Shown piece after piece: positions 1-7,099 of a DNA stretch of 12,705 bases. The notes under the pieces are model-generated. The model ran no database searches. It was not told the origin of the DNA and was given only the letters and a program-made list of their open reading frames with translations. Where the stretch lies: contig JBGAGQ010000111.1 in assembly GCA_044226625.1 (NCBI GenBank), positions 1-12,705 on the forward strand, given 5' to 3'. The DNA is from Thermoanaerobaculia bacterium. Its GTDB lineage: Bacteria > Acidobacteriota > Thermoanaerobaculia > Multivoradales > UBA5704. Each line of letters opens with the position of its first letter. Position 1 is the stretch's first letter. The translations under genes and the position numbers were made by a program.

Positions 1-128
1 GTCCGCGGGTTCCCGGCGGCTTGAAGCTGCCGGCCTATGGAGAGCCCAGGTTATCTGCGGAAGGGCTCTTATAGAATGCCCGTAAACGTTCCGCGCTTTC
101 AATGCCGAAGGGATGAAGGACGCTTCCG

Positions 129-395
129 ATGCCGCCAATCCTGTTGCTGCACCTGTCGGATCTGCATTTCGGTAAGCACAGCCGGTTTCAAGGGGAGAAG
201 CCCGAGGCACTCGGGAAGAGCTTTTTCCGCTCGCTCGCCGAAGCGAGAAAGAGCCTCCCGATCGACCCTGAGAAGAAGGTGGATCTGGTGTTTGTCACCG
301 GGGAAGTGGCGGAGGCGGGAAAGAAATCCGAGTTCGAGCAGGGGCGGGCTTCGCGCCCGACGGAGGTGGTTGCTAATGGACACAGCTTGGCGTGA
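129..395 (+). pseudogene. Truncated N-terminal fragment of a calcineurin-like metallophosphoesterase
   Basis: 88-aa ORF with motif I (LLHLSDLHFG) and a degenerate motif II (DLVFVTGEVA, where the GD Asp is Glu). The GNH(D/E) and later His motifs are not in a normal context because the ORF stops early. AAGGA lies upstream. The 3' end overlaps the next gene. Confidence 0.7.
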
Positions 396-1593
396 GGCAG
401 CTCGTCAATATTCTCAGCAAGGTGAGGCTGATAAGACTCGTTACTGGGCCGGGCTTGGTCCGCGCCAACAGGCCATGCTAAAGAGTTCACTCAAGGAAAT
501 CAAAGCGGTTGGCCCGCACCCAACGCCCGAGGCTGGGAACAAGCCAAGACCGAGCGGCTGCGGCCGAGGTTGTGCCAAACTGCTCGGGCGTGGCTGCCTG
601 GTCACATTCGCGGCAATCGCAATGGTCACGCTTTGGAGCAACTTTCCGTGGCTCAGTAAGCCGGCGACCGACCGGTTCGCCTTGTGGCCCGCCAGTACAC
701 GAGACGCAATGGCCTCCAAGGGCTTTGTTGAACAATTTCTACAGAAGGTAGAGCTGCGGAAACAGTACGCCGAAGATGGCTATTTCCCAATCCACGTACT
801 TAGAAAGTGGCTGGAGAATGCGCGCATTAAGAAATCAGATGTGACTGCGGTCAGTATCTTAGATACGGTCCAAGACGGCGGAGGCTGGTGGTTTGATGCC
901 AAAAAACTAGAGGGTGACTATAACGAGATTTCGTCGGCGGTAGCGATTGTGGAACTCTCGGCTGCAGCGCCGGAGGTCTCCTCGCGGCTTCCAATGTCGG
1001 AAGGCACCTTCGAAATACTCCACGGTACGCGGGCCTTCGGGTTCGACCAACCCGTTCGCGTACAGGCCCGTGACCGCGGACCCGCCGTGGAACGTTGGTA
1101 TTTAGCTATGCCAAAGGATACAGTGCTCATTATTGGTGGCCGCACAGGGGTGGAGCAAGTTCTAGCGACGGCAGCTGGCGAACGAGACGGAATCAGAACC
1201 CGACGCGTGATGAGGCCACTGCTCAAAACTATTGAGGATGGCGACGAAATCTATTTTCATAGTGTTTCAATGACCCAGGAGCGATCAATCCCTGTTGTTT
1301 CATGGTTACTTTCTCGGATACCAGGGATTGACCTCCTGTACTCATATCGTGCACAGGCTCGAGTGCTGATTCGGCTTCCCGATGAAAGCTGCATCCGAAC
1401 CGTCGCTTTCCAGTACAAAACTCGAGCATCTGCACAGTTTCATAGGATCGCCCTCTGGGCGGTCAGCTTGACCGCAGGCCCAGATGACGTGGGCTATGAA
1501 GTGAGTGGCGGCCCAGGGCTTGCGGCCTTCACGGAGTCGGCGCCGTGCTCTGGCGCTGCGACATCTTGGGAGAGCCTTCGTTCCTCAAAGTAA
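376..1593 (+). CDS. Hypothetical protein (405 aa) with a single predicted N-proximal transmembrane helix
   Basis: Part of ORF 37..1593. The ATG at 376 has GGAGGT at 362-367. A hydrophobic segment GCLVTFAAIAMVTLWSNFPWL follows a basic G/C-rich linker. The region is visibly less GC-rich than the arg operon. No family recognised. Confidence 0.7.
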   Translation: MDTAWREAARQYSQQGEADKTRYWAGLGPRQQAMLKSSLKEIKAVGPHPTPEAGNKPRPSGCGRGCAKLLGRGCLVTFAAIAMVTLWSNFPWLSKPATDRFALWPASTRDAMASKGFVEQFLQKVELRKQYAEDGYFPIHVLRKWLENARIKKSDVTAVSILDTVQDGGGWWFDAKKLEGDYNEISSAVAIVELSAAAPEVSSRLPMSEGTFEILHGTRAFGFDQPVRVQARDRGPAVERWYLAMPKDTVLIIGGRTGVEQVLATAAGERDGIRTRRVMRPLLKTIEDGDEIYFHSVSMTQERSIPVVSWLLSRIPGIDLLYSYRAQARVLIRLPDESCIRTVAFQYKTRASAQFHRIALWAVSLTAGPDDVGYEVSGGPGLAAFTESAPCSGAATSWESLRSSK

Positions 1594-2001
1594 CCACCCA
1601 CACTCTCACAGCGCCAAAGGAACTTGTGCCAGGCAAATGGCAATGCGAAGCCTTGAGCCACTCCAGAACCGGTAGTTCGAGGCAGGGTGGCGCGGCGTCC
1701 GTATCGCGAAGAGAGGACAGCAGTTGGAGGTCGATTGGGATCCTGAGGAGGAAGATCGCGCCGATGGTCGCGCCGATACCTTCCCCTTCTCGCAGTTCGA
1801 TGGCCGAACGAAGTTCAACGCTCTAGCTAGGCCGTATCTCTAAGAGATGGAGCCCGACCTGGAAGTGGATCGAGACGCCAAGGACTAAACTGTCGATCCT
1901 TGAAACCGTTGTGCGCACAGTAAAGTGAAGCGGCAACGCCAGTTAGCGGCTTTCGGAGGCACAACTTCGCTGCACGGCGTCGATGACCGTTCGGCACGGC
2001 G

Positions 2002-2260
2002 GATAGCCGCTAGGTTCCGCCGAGGGTGGCGATTCTTCCGCGTAAAGCGGCCATCCAGCGCAGATAGTCGTTTTGCGCCGCTGGATAGCCGCTATCCAGC
2101 TTGGATATTCATTATTTCGCTCCGTAAAGCCGCTATACGGCGCAGATAGCCGCTATACGCGCCAGACAAACCGCTATCCAGCGCAGATAGCCGCTATCCG
2201 AGCCAGATAATCCGCTATCGGTCGGCGATAGCCGCTTTACGCGCCGTATAGCAGCTTTAC
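2002..2260. repeat. Tandem array of about 12 degenerate 20-21 bp units, each with the near-palindrome GATAGC-C-GCTATC
   Basis: Unit starts at about 2002, 2043, 2063, 2084, 2104, 2125, 2145, 2165, 2186, 2206, 2227 and 2247. Exact GATAGCCGCTATC occurs at 2084-2096 and 2186-2198. Linkers are 7-8 bp and GC-rich. Confidence 0.9.
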
Positions 2261-2367
2261 GGTGCCGGATCCGCGCTGAATCGCCCGCCGCTACGTTTGC
2301 AACGTCGACGCGGATCTTGAAGGCTGCCCGGGCTTATTCCTGGGACCGCGTTGTCACTCTGCCTTCC

Positions 2368-3555
2368 TTAGACCCCTAGCCGCTCCGCCACGCGCCGGTA
2401 CGCTTCGCGGAACGGGATCCCCTCTTCCATCACCAGCCGATACGCCTCCTCGGCCGCCGAGAGCTCCGGGTCGAGGTGGATCTTTTCCGGGAGGAAGCGG
2501 ACGCCCGGTAGGGCGTGGGCGAGGATCGCCGCGGTTTCGAGCCCCAGGTCGATGCCGCGGAAGAGGGGGGCTTTGAGCAGCTGGAGATCGCGGTGGTAGC
2601 CGGAGGGGAGCTTCGCAGGGATCGCGAGAGCTTCGAGGAGGACCGCGTGCCCGGCGGCGGTGCGGGCGCGGATCAGCTCGAAGACGTCCGGGTTCCGCTT
2701 CTGCGGCATGATCGAGGAACCGGTCGTCATCTCCGCCGGGAGGCTCGCGAAGCCGAGCTCTTTCATCGAAAAGAGGACGAGGTCTGCGGCGAGGCGGCCG
2801 CAGTCTTGGAGGAGGAGGGCGACCTCGAACAGCACGTGCGCTTCGGCCTTGCCGCGGGAGAGCTGGACCGCCGTCACCGGCTCGTGGACGGTGCGGAAGC
2901 CGAGGGCGGCGCGGGTCGATTCACGGTCGATCGGCAGGATCGCCGGAACGCCATAGCCCGCGGCCGAGCCCAGGGGGTTCTTCTCGATCCGGCGGAGCGC
3001 GGCTTCGAATCCTTCCGCGTCGTCGGAAAGCTCGCTCGAAAAGCCGCCGGCCCAGAGCGCCACGGAGCTCGGCATCGCCGGTTGGAGATGCGTGTAGCCC
3101 GGGAGCGGCAGGTCCGGATGCCGCGCGGAGAGATCGTCGAGCGCGGCGGCCACGGCGCGCGCGCCCGCGGCGAGATCGGTCACCGCGTCGCGCAGGTAGA
3201 GCCGGAGGGCGGCGAGCACCTGGTCGTTGCGGGACCGGCCGAGGTGGATGCGGGCGCCCGCTTCGCCGATGCGCTCGGTGAGCCGCCGTTCGAGCGCGGT
3301 GTGGCAGTCCTCGTCGGCCAGCTCGATCCTCCAGGCACCCGCGGCGTGCTCCTCGGCGAGCGCGAGCAGACCGGCGCGGATCGCTTCGAGGTCGGTGGCG
3401 GAGAGGAGGTTTTGCGCCGCGAGCATCTCCGCATGGGCGATCGAGGCGCGGACGTCGTAGGCGACGAGGCGCTCGTCGAGCGCGTGGTCCTCTCCCGCCG
3501 TGTAGCGCAGCACCAGTTCGTCGAGCGGCGTCCCCTTGTCCCAGAGGCGAGTCAC
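2368..3555 (-). CDS. argH: Argininosuccinate lyase (395 aa)
   Basis: GTG at 3555 with AGGAG upstream. N-terminus TRLWDKG, plus HLGRSRNDQV, PGYTHLQPAMP, the fumarate-lyase signature TGSSIMPQKRNPD, SGYHRDLQ and GIPFREAY. Confidence 0.96.
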   Translation of the reverse strand: MTRLWDKGTPLDELVLRYTAGEDHALDERLVAYDVRASIAHAEMLAAQNLLSATDLEAIRAGLLALAEEHAAGAWRIELADEDCHTALERRLTERIGEAGARIHLGRSRNDQVLAALRLYLRDAVTDLAAGARAVAAALDDLSARHPDLPLPGYTHLQPAMPSSVALWAGGFSSELSDDAEGFEAALRRIEKNPLGSAAGYGVPAILPIDRESTRAALGFRTVHEPVTAVQLSRGKAEAHVLFEVALLLQDCGRLAADLVLFSMKELGFASLPAEMTTGSSIMPQKRNPDVFELIRARTAAGHAVLLEALAIPAKLPSGYHRDLQLLKAPLFRGIDLGLETAAILAHALPGVRFLPEKIHLDPELSAAEEAYRLVMEEGIPFREAYRRVAERLGV

Positions 3556-3986
3556 AGCTCGGTCTCCTGGCGGATGGCGAGAGCCCCCCTCCTGTCCTCC
3601 CCCCGTCGAACGACGGGGGGAGGGACCCTCCGCACGCCTCCGGGGAGGATCGGGTGCTGGATGGGTTCCTCCCCGATGCGTCGCGGGGGACCACACTCCG
3701 ACGCCCCGGGCCTATTGTTCGCCCACCCGGCCACCATTACCGCGCCGAAGGCTCCCTTCCCGAAGTCGCTCCGAAGGGGACCAAACGTCGACGTCCCAGG
3801 CTGGCTGCCTGACGACCCAACCACCAACCCCAAGCTGAAAGCTCCCTCCCCGATGTCGCCACGAAGCGGACCGAATACCGACGCCCCGGGCCGCCCATCC
3901 GCCCGCCTAACCACCAACCCCAAGGCGAAGCGTCCCTCCCCCCCTTGCGGGGGGAGGACAGGAGGGGGGGTCTCCTTCCCCCTCAC
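3552..3986 (-). CDS. Possible 144-codon ORF with three 30-aa repeats, bridging argE' and argH
   Basis: The GTG at 3986 overlaps the argE' TGA (GTGA) and has GGAGG 7 nt upstream. Its TGA (3552-3554) overlaps the argH GTG (GTGA). Repeat consensus is roughly GEGxFxLGLVVxxxxxxPGxSxFGPLRxDx. It may be a non-coding repeat that happens to be open. Confidence 0.35.
   Translation of the reverse strand: MRGKETPPPVLPPQGGEGRFALGLVVRRADGRPGASVFGPLRGDIGEGAFSLGLVVGSSGSQPGTSTFGPLRSDFGKGAFGAVMVAGWANNRPGASECGPPRRIGEEPIQHPILPGGVRRVPPPVVRRGEDRRGALAIRQETEL
3584..3970. repeat. Inverted pair of REP/BoxC-like hairpins (3584-3625 and 3933-3970) enclosing three degenerate 90-bp tandem repeats
   Basis: CCCCCCTCCTGTCCTCCCCCC (3584-3604) is the reverse complement of GGGGGGAGGACAGGAGGGGGG (3949-3969). 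Each end has its own CCTCCCCCC-loop-GGGGGGAGG stem. Internal GGACC anchors at 3688, 3778 and 3868 give a 90-bp period. Confidence 0.88.
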
Positions 3987-5059
3987 GCCAACGCCTCCAC
4001 CAACGACAAATAGAACCGCGCCCCCGCGAGGATCTCCTCCTCCTCGACGAACTCGTCGACGCGGTGCGAGCGCTCCGAGCGGCCGGGGCCGCATTTGATC
4101 GCCGGAGCGTCGATCAGCGCCCAGTCCGACAACGTGGGTGACCCGTAAAGCCGCGAGACCGGGCGCACCGAGAGGGCGGCGGTGAGGAGGGGCGAATCGA
4201 CGGGGGTCGAGCGGGGCCGAAGCCGGTCGGAGAGGACGCGCACCTCGGCGCCTACCGCGCAGCCGACCGCGAGGGCTACCTCCTCGGGCTCGACCGCGGG
4301 GGTCGTGCGAACGTCGAGCAGCGCGGACGCCTCGGCCGGCAGGACGTTGCGGGCCGTGCCGGCGCGCAGCTGGGTCGGCTCGAGGGTCACCGGACCGAGC
4401 ATCGAATCGGTGGGGAAATCGAGCGACTCGAGCGCGAGCAGGTCGCGCGCGATCTCGCGCGCGGCGTTCCGGGCGCCGAGCGAGCGGGCGTGCGCGGCGT
4501 GACAAGCGTCGCCCCGGGCGACCAGCTCGAGGACCAGGAGCCCTTTCTGCGCCACCGCGACGTCGAGACCCGTGGGCTCTCCGACCACCGCTCCGGCGAG
4601 CGTCCGCCCGCGCTCGTGGAGCGCGGCGAGCACCTTCTCGGTGCCGAGCCCTTTGGTCTCCTCCTGCTCGACCAGGGCGAGCGCCAAGGCGAACGGGAAC
4701 TGCCGGTCGAGGCAGGCGACGAACGCCGCGGACATCGCGGCCACCGAGGCCTTGGCGTCGTTCGAACCGAGGCCGTAGACCCGCCCTTCTTCGACCGTCG
4801 CGGCGAACGGATCGTGCGACCAGCCCGGCGCCGGGGGGACCGTGTCGAGGTGGGTGTCGAAGAGGAGCACCGGCGCGTCCGGCACCGCGCCTTCGTGCAC
4901 CGCGAGGATCGTATGGCCGAGCCGCTCGACCCGGGCGCCGCGCGCGCCGAGCCACTCGGCCATCGCGAGAGAGAGCGCACCCTCTTCGCCCGATACCGAC
5001 GGGGTCGCGACCGCCAGGCGATGGAGCGCGAGGATCTCCTGCGGGGTGGGGGGCGTCAT
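3983..5059 (-). CDS. argE: M20-family N-acyl-citrulline/ornithine deacylase (ArgE-like), probably N-succinylcitrulline desuccinylase (358 aa)
   Basis: M20 metal-binding motifs THLDTV, YGLGSNDAKAS, EQEETKG, GEPT and RSHRVDEFV. GLGSNDA and GSPTLSDWAL...KCGPGRSERSH match the pattern I recall for Bacteroidota ArgE'. Arg operon context. Confidence 0.88.
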   Translation of the reverse strand: MTPPTPQEILALHRLAVATPSVSGEEGALSLAMAEWLGARGARVERLGHTILAVHEGAVPDAPVLLFDTHLDTVPPAPGWSHDPFAATVEEGRVYGLGSNDAKASVAAMSAAFVACLDRQFPFALALALVEQEETKGLGTEKVLAALHERGRTLAGAVVGEPTGLDVAVAQKGLLVLELVARGDACHAAHARSLGARNAAREIARDLLALESLDFPTDSMLGPVTLEPTQLRAGTARNVLPAEASALLDVRTTPAVEPEEVALAVGCAVGAEVRVLSDRLRPRSTPVDSPLLTAALSVRPVSRLYGSPTLSDWALIDAPAIKCGPGRSERSHRVDEFVEEEEILAGARFYLSLVEALA

Positions 5060-5132
5060 CTTGAAAACCCTCCCACGCCCCCAACCTCGACCCCGGGTCG
5101 AGCCGATCGCGGCGTGCTGGTCATCGGCGGCC

Positions 5133-6056
5133 TCAACCCGCCGCCGCCAGCTCAGCGGGGGAAAGCGCGTGAACGTCGGCTACCACCAGCGTGCCGCTCC
5201 CCTCGTTGGTGAACACCTCGCGAAGCAGCGCGTCCGCCGCGGTCTGCGAGATCACGTGGACCCGCCGCACGCCGTCGCGGAGCGCCTGCTCGATCGCCGC
5301 CGCCTTGGGGCGCATGCCGGCGCCGAGGGCGCCTTTCCGGTTCAGCTCGGCGAGCCCCGCGAGGTCGGTGTAGGAGATTCGCGAGCCGGGATCGTCCTCT
5401 CGTTCGAGGATGCCCGCCGCCCCGGTGAGAACGATCAGCTTCTCGGCCGAGAGCGCCGCGGCGAGACGCGCGGCCACCGTGTCGGCGTTCACGTTCAGGA
5501 GGCCCCCCGCCTCGTCGGCGGAGATCGGGCTCACGACCGGGACGAGCCCCGCGTCGAGCTGGGCGATCACGACCCGCGGATCGACGCGGATCACGTCGCC
5601 CACCAGCCCGTAGTCGACCGTCTCGCCATCGACCTCGACGGGCGGCCGGCGCTTCGCGACGATCAGCCCGGCGTCCACTCCCGAGAGGCCCACGGCGGGC
5701 ACGCCCGCGCGGCGGCAAAGCGCGAGGACGTGGGTGTTCACCTGGCCGTTCAGGACCATCGTCGCCGCTTCGAGCGAAATCGGATCGGTCACCCGCCGGC
5801 CGGCTTTGAACTCGACTTTGGCGCCCAGGGTACCGGCCAAGGCAGAGGCCTGCGGACCGCCGCCGTGGACGAGCACCACGCGCACGCCGAGGCGGTTCAG
5901 GATCTCCACCTGCTCGAGCAGGGCGAGCGTGGTCTTCTCGTCGGAAAACGCGCCGCCGCCCGCTTTCAAGACGAAGGTCTTCCCCTGGTAGAGGCGGATG
6001 TAAGGGATCGCGAGCTTGAGCCCGGCGACCTCCAGGTTCGAATCGTGATGGTCCAT
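5133..6056 (-). CDS. argB: N-acylglutamate kinase (307 aa), arginine-sensitive type, with no fused acetyltransferase domain
   Basis: ATG at 6056 with a GGGGGA RBS. Motifs AIPYIRLYQGKTFVLKAGG, VHGGGPQ, GRRVTD, NVNADTVA, GMRPK and C-terminal LLREVFTNEGSGT. Confidence 0.93.
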   Translation of the reverse strand: MDHHDSNLEVAGLKLAIPYIRLYQGKTFVLKAGGGAFSDEKTTLALLEQVEILNRLGVRVVLVHGGGPQASALAGTLGAKVEFKAGRRVTDPISLEAATMVLNGQVNTHVLALCRRAGVPAVGLSGVDAGLIVAKRRPPVEVDGETVDYGLVGDVIRVDPRVVIAQLDAGLVPVVSPISADEAGGLLNVNADTVAARLAAALSAEKLIVLTGAAGILEREDDPGSRISYTDLAGLAELNRKGALGAGMRPKAAAIEQALRDGVRRVHVISQTAADALLREVFTNEGSGTLVVADVHALSPAELAAAG

Positions 6057-6076
6057 GCGCTTCCCCCTTGCCGATC

Positions 6077-7099
6077 TCAAGCCAACAGGCGGTGCAACAC
6101 CGCCATCTGCGCCCACATTCGGTTGTGCGCCTGCGGCAGCACGGCGCTGCGCGGCCCGTCGAGCACCTCGTCGGCGACGACGACGTTGCGCCGCACCGGC
6201 AGGCAGTGGAAGAACCGCGCGCCGGCCGCCGCGGGGCGGAACCAGGGCTCGGCGATCGTCCAGTCCGCGTAGCGCGCGCGCAGCTCGGTTTCCGCCGCGA
6301 GATCACCGTAGTGCGCGGCAGACGCCCACGACTTGCCGTAGACGACGTGCGCGCCCGAGATCGCCGCCTCGCGGTCGGCGGTCTCGGTGACCGATCCGCC
6401 CGCGATCGCCGCCGCGGCGCGAGCCCGCGCCATCAGCGGCTCGGGGAGCGCGTACTCGTCGGGGCGGAGGACGACGACCTCCATGCCACGCGCCGCCGCC
6501 ATCTGGACGACGGTCGCGGGGACGGCGAGCGGCAGCGGCTTCGGATGCCGCGCCCAGGAGAGGACGAGCTTGCCGCCGTGGGCGGGAATCCCGAGGTCGT
6601 CGAGCGTCTTCCAGTCGCCGAGCGCTTGGCACGGGTGGTCGATCGCCGATTCGAGGTTGATCAGCGGGACGGGATAGCTCTCTTCGAGCGTCCGCGCCAT
6701 CGCGGCGAACGTCGCGTCCGAGAGATCCTCGGCCAGATCGCTCCCTCCCGCGAACGAGCGGATGCCGAGCGCGTGGGCGTAGCCCGCGAGCACGGGGATC
6801 GCCTCGCGCACGTGCTCGGCCGCCGCGCCGTCCATCACCGCGCCGAGGCGCGTCTCGAGCTGCCAGCTCCCCTGGCCGGGCGAGACGACGAAGCACGAGC
6901 CACCGAGCCGCGCCATCCCGGCCTGAAAGCTCGAAAGCGTGCGGAGCGACGGGTTGAAGAACAGCAGCCCGAGGACCTTGCCCGGAAGCGCCCGCGCGAG
7001 GGCCGCCGGGTCGGGATGCTTTTCGAACCGCGCGGCGAGCGCGAGCAGCTCGGCGATCTCCTCCGCCGAGTGCTCCGAGAGTGAGACGAAGCGCTTCAC
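6077..7099 (-). CDS. argF': N-acylornithine carbamoyltransferase (ArgF'), probably N-succinylornithine-specific (340 aa)
   Basis: The GTG at 7099 overlaps the argD stop (GTGA), with GGAGG upstream. FFNPSLRT (not the OTCase STRT), WQLE, MDGAAAEH, HPCQAL, WARHPKPLP, KSW and HCLPVRRN are AOTCase/SOTCase signatures. Confidence 0.92.
   Translation of the reverse strand: MKRFVSLSEHSAEEIAELLALAARFEKHPDPAALARALPGKVLGLLFFNPSLRTLSSFQAGMARLGGSCFVVSPGQGSWQLETRLGAVMDGAAAEHVREAIPVLAGYAHALGIRSFAGGSDLAEDLSDATFAAMARTLEESYPVPLINLESAIDHPCQALGDWKTLDDLGIPAHGGKLVLSWARHPKPLPLAVPATVVQMAAARGMEVVVLRPDEYALPEPLMARARAAAAIAGGSVTETADREAAISGAHVVYGKSWASAAHYGDLAAETELRARYADWTIAEPWFRPAAAGARFFHCLPVRRNVVVADEVLDGPRSAVLPQAHNRMWAQMAVLHRLLA

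Noticed and set aside
37-375. N-terminal extension of the 518-aa ORF
   Set aside because: It overlaps the phosphoesterase fragment in another frame and has Arg/Ser/Cys-rich non-coding-like composition. The strong RBS supports ATG 376.
1925-2149. 74-aa ORF over the palindrome array
   Set aside because: It ends inside the array, the array period is not in frame, and it has no motif or clear RBS.
2002-2260. CRISPR or TIGR-type guide array
   Set aside because: Units are only 20-21 bp, with 7-8 bp linkers that resemble each other (CAGCGCA recurs). The repeats are degenerate, and no cas or Nop-domain gene is in the window.
2268-2316. Intrinsic terminator after argH (GATCCGCG...CGCGGATC)
   Set aside because: The loop is large and there is no U-tract on the minus strand, so it cannot be supported.
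3556-3696. Longest-ORF starts for argH (3696), argB (6116), the P-loop gene (10715) and argR (12431)
   Set aside because: The extensions are low-complexity or run into repeats, upstream genes or the promoter. The downstream starts have an RBS and mostly match family N-termini or stop/start overlaps.
5086-5102. Hairpin CTCGACC-CCG-GGTCGAG between argB and argE' as a terminator or attenuator
   Set aside because: It is a short GC stem with no adjacent U-run and is plausible by chance at this GC content.
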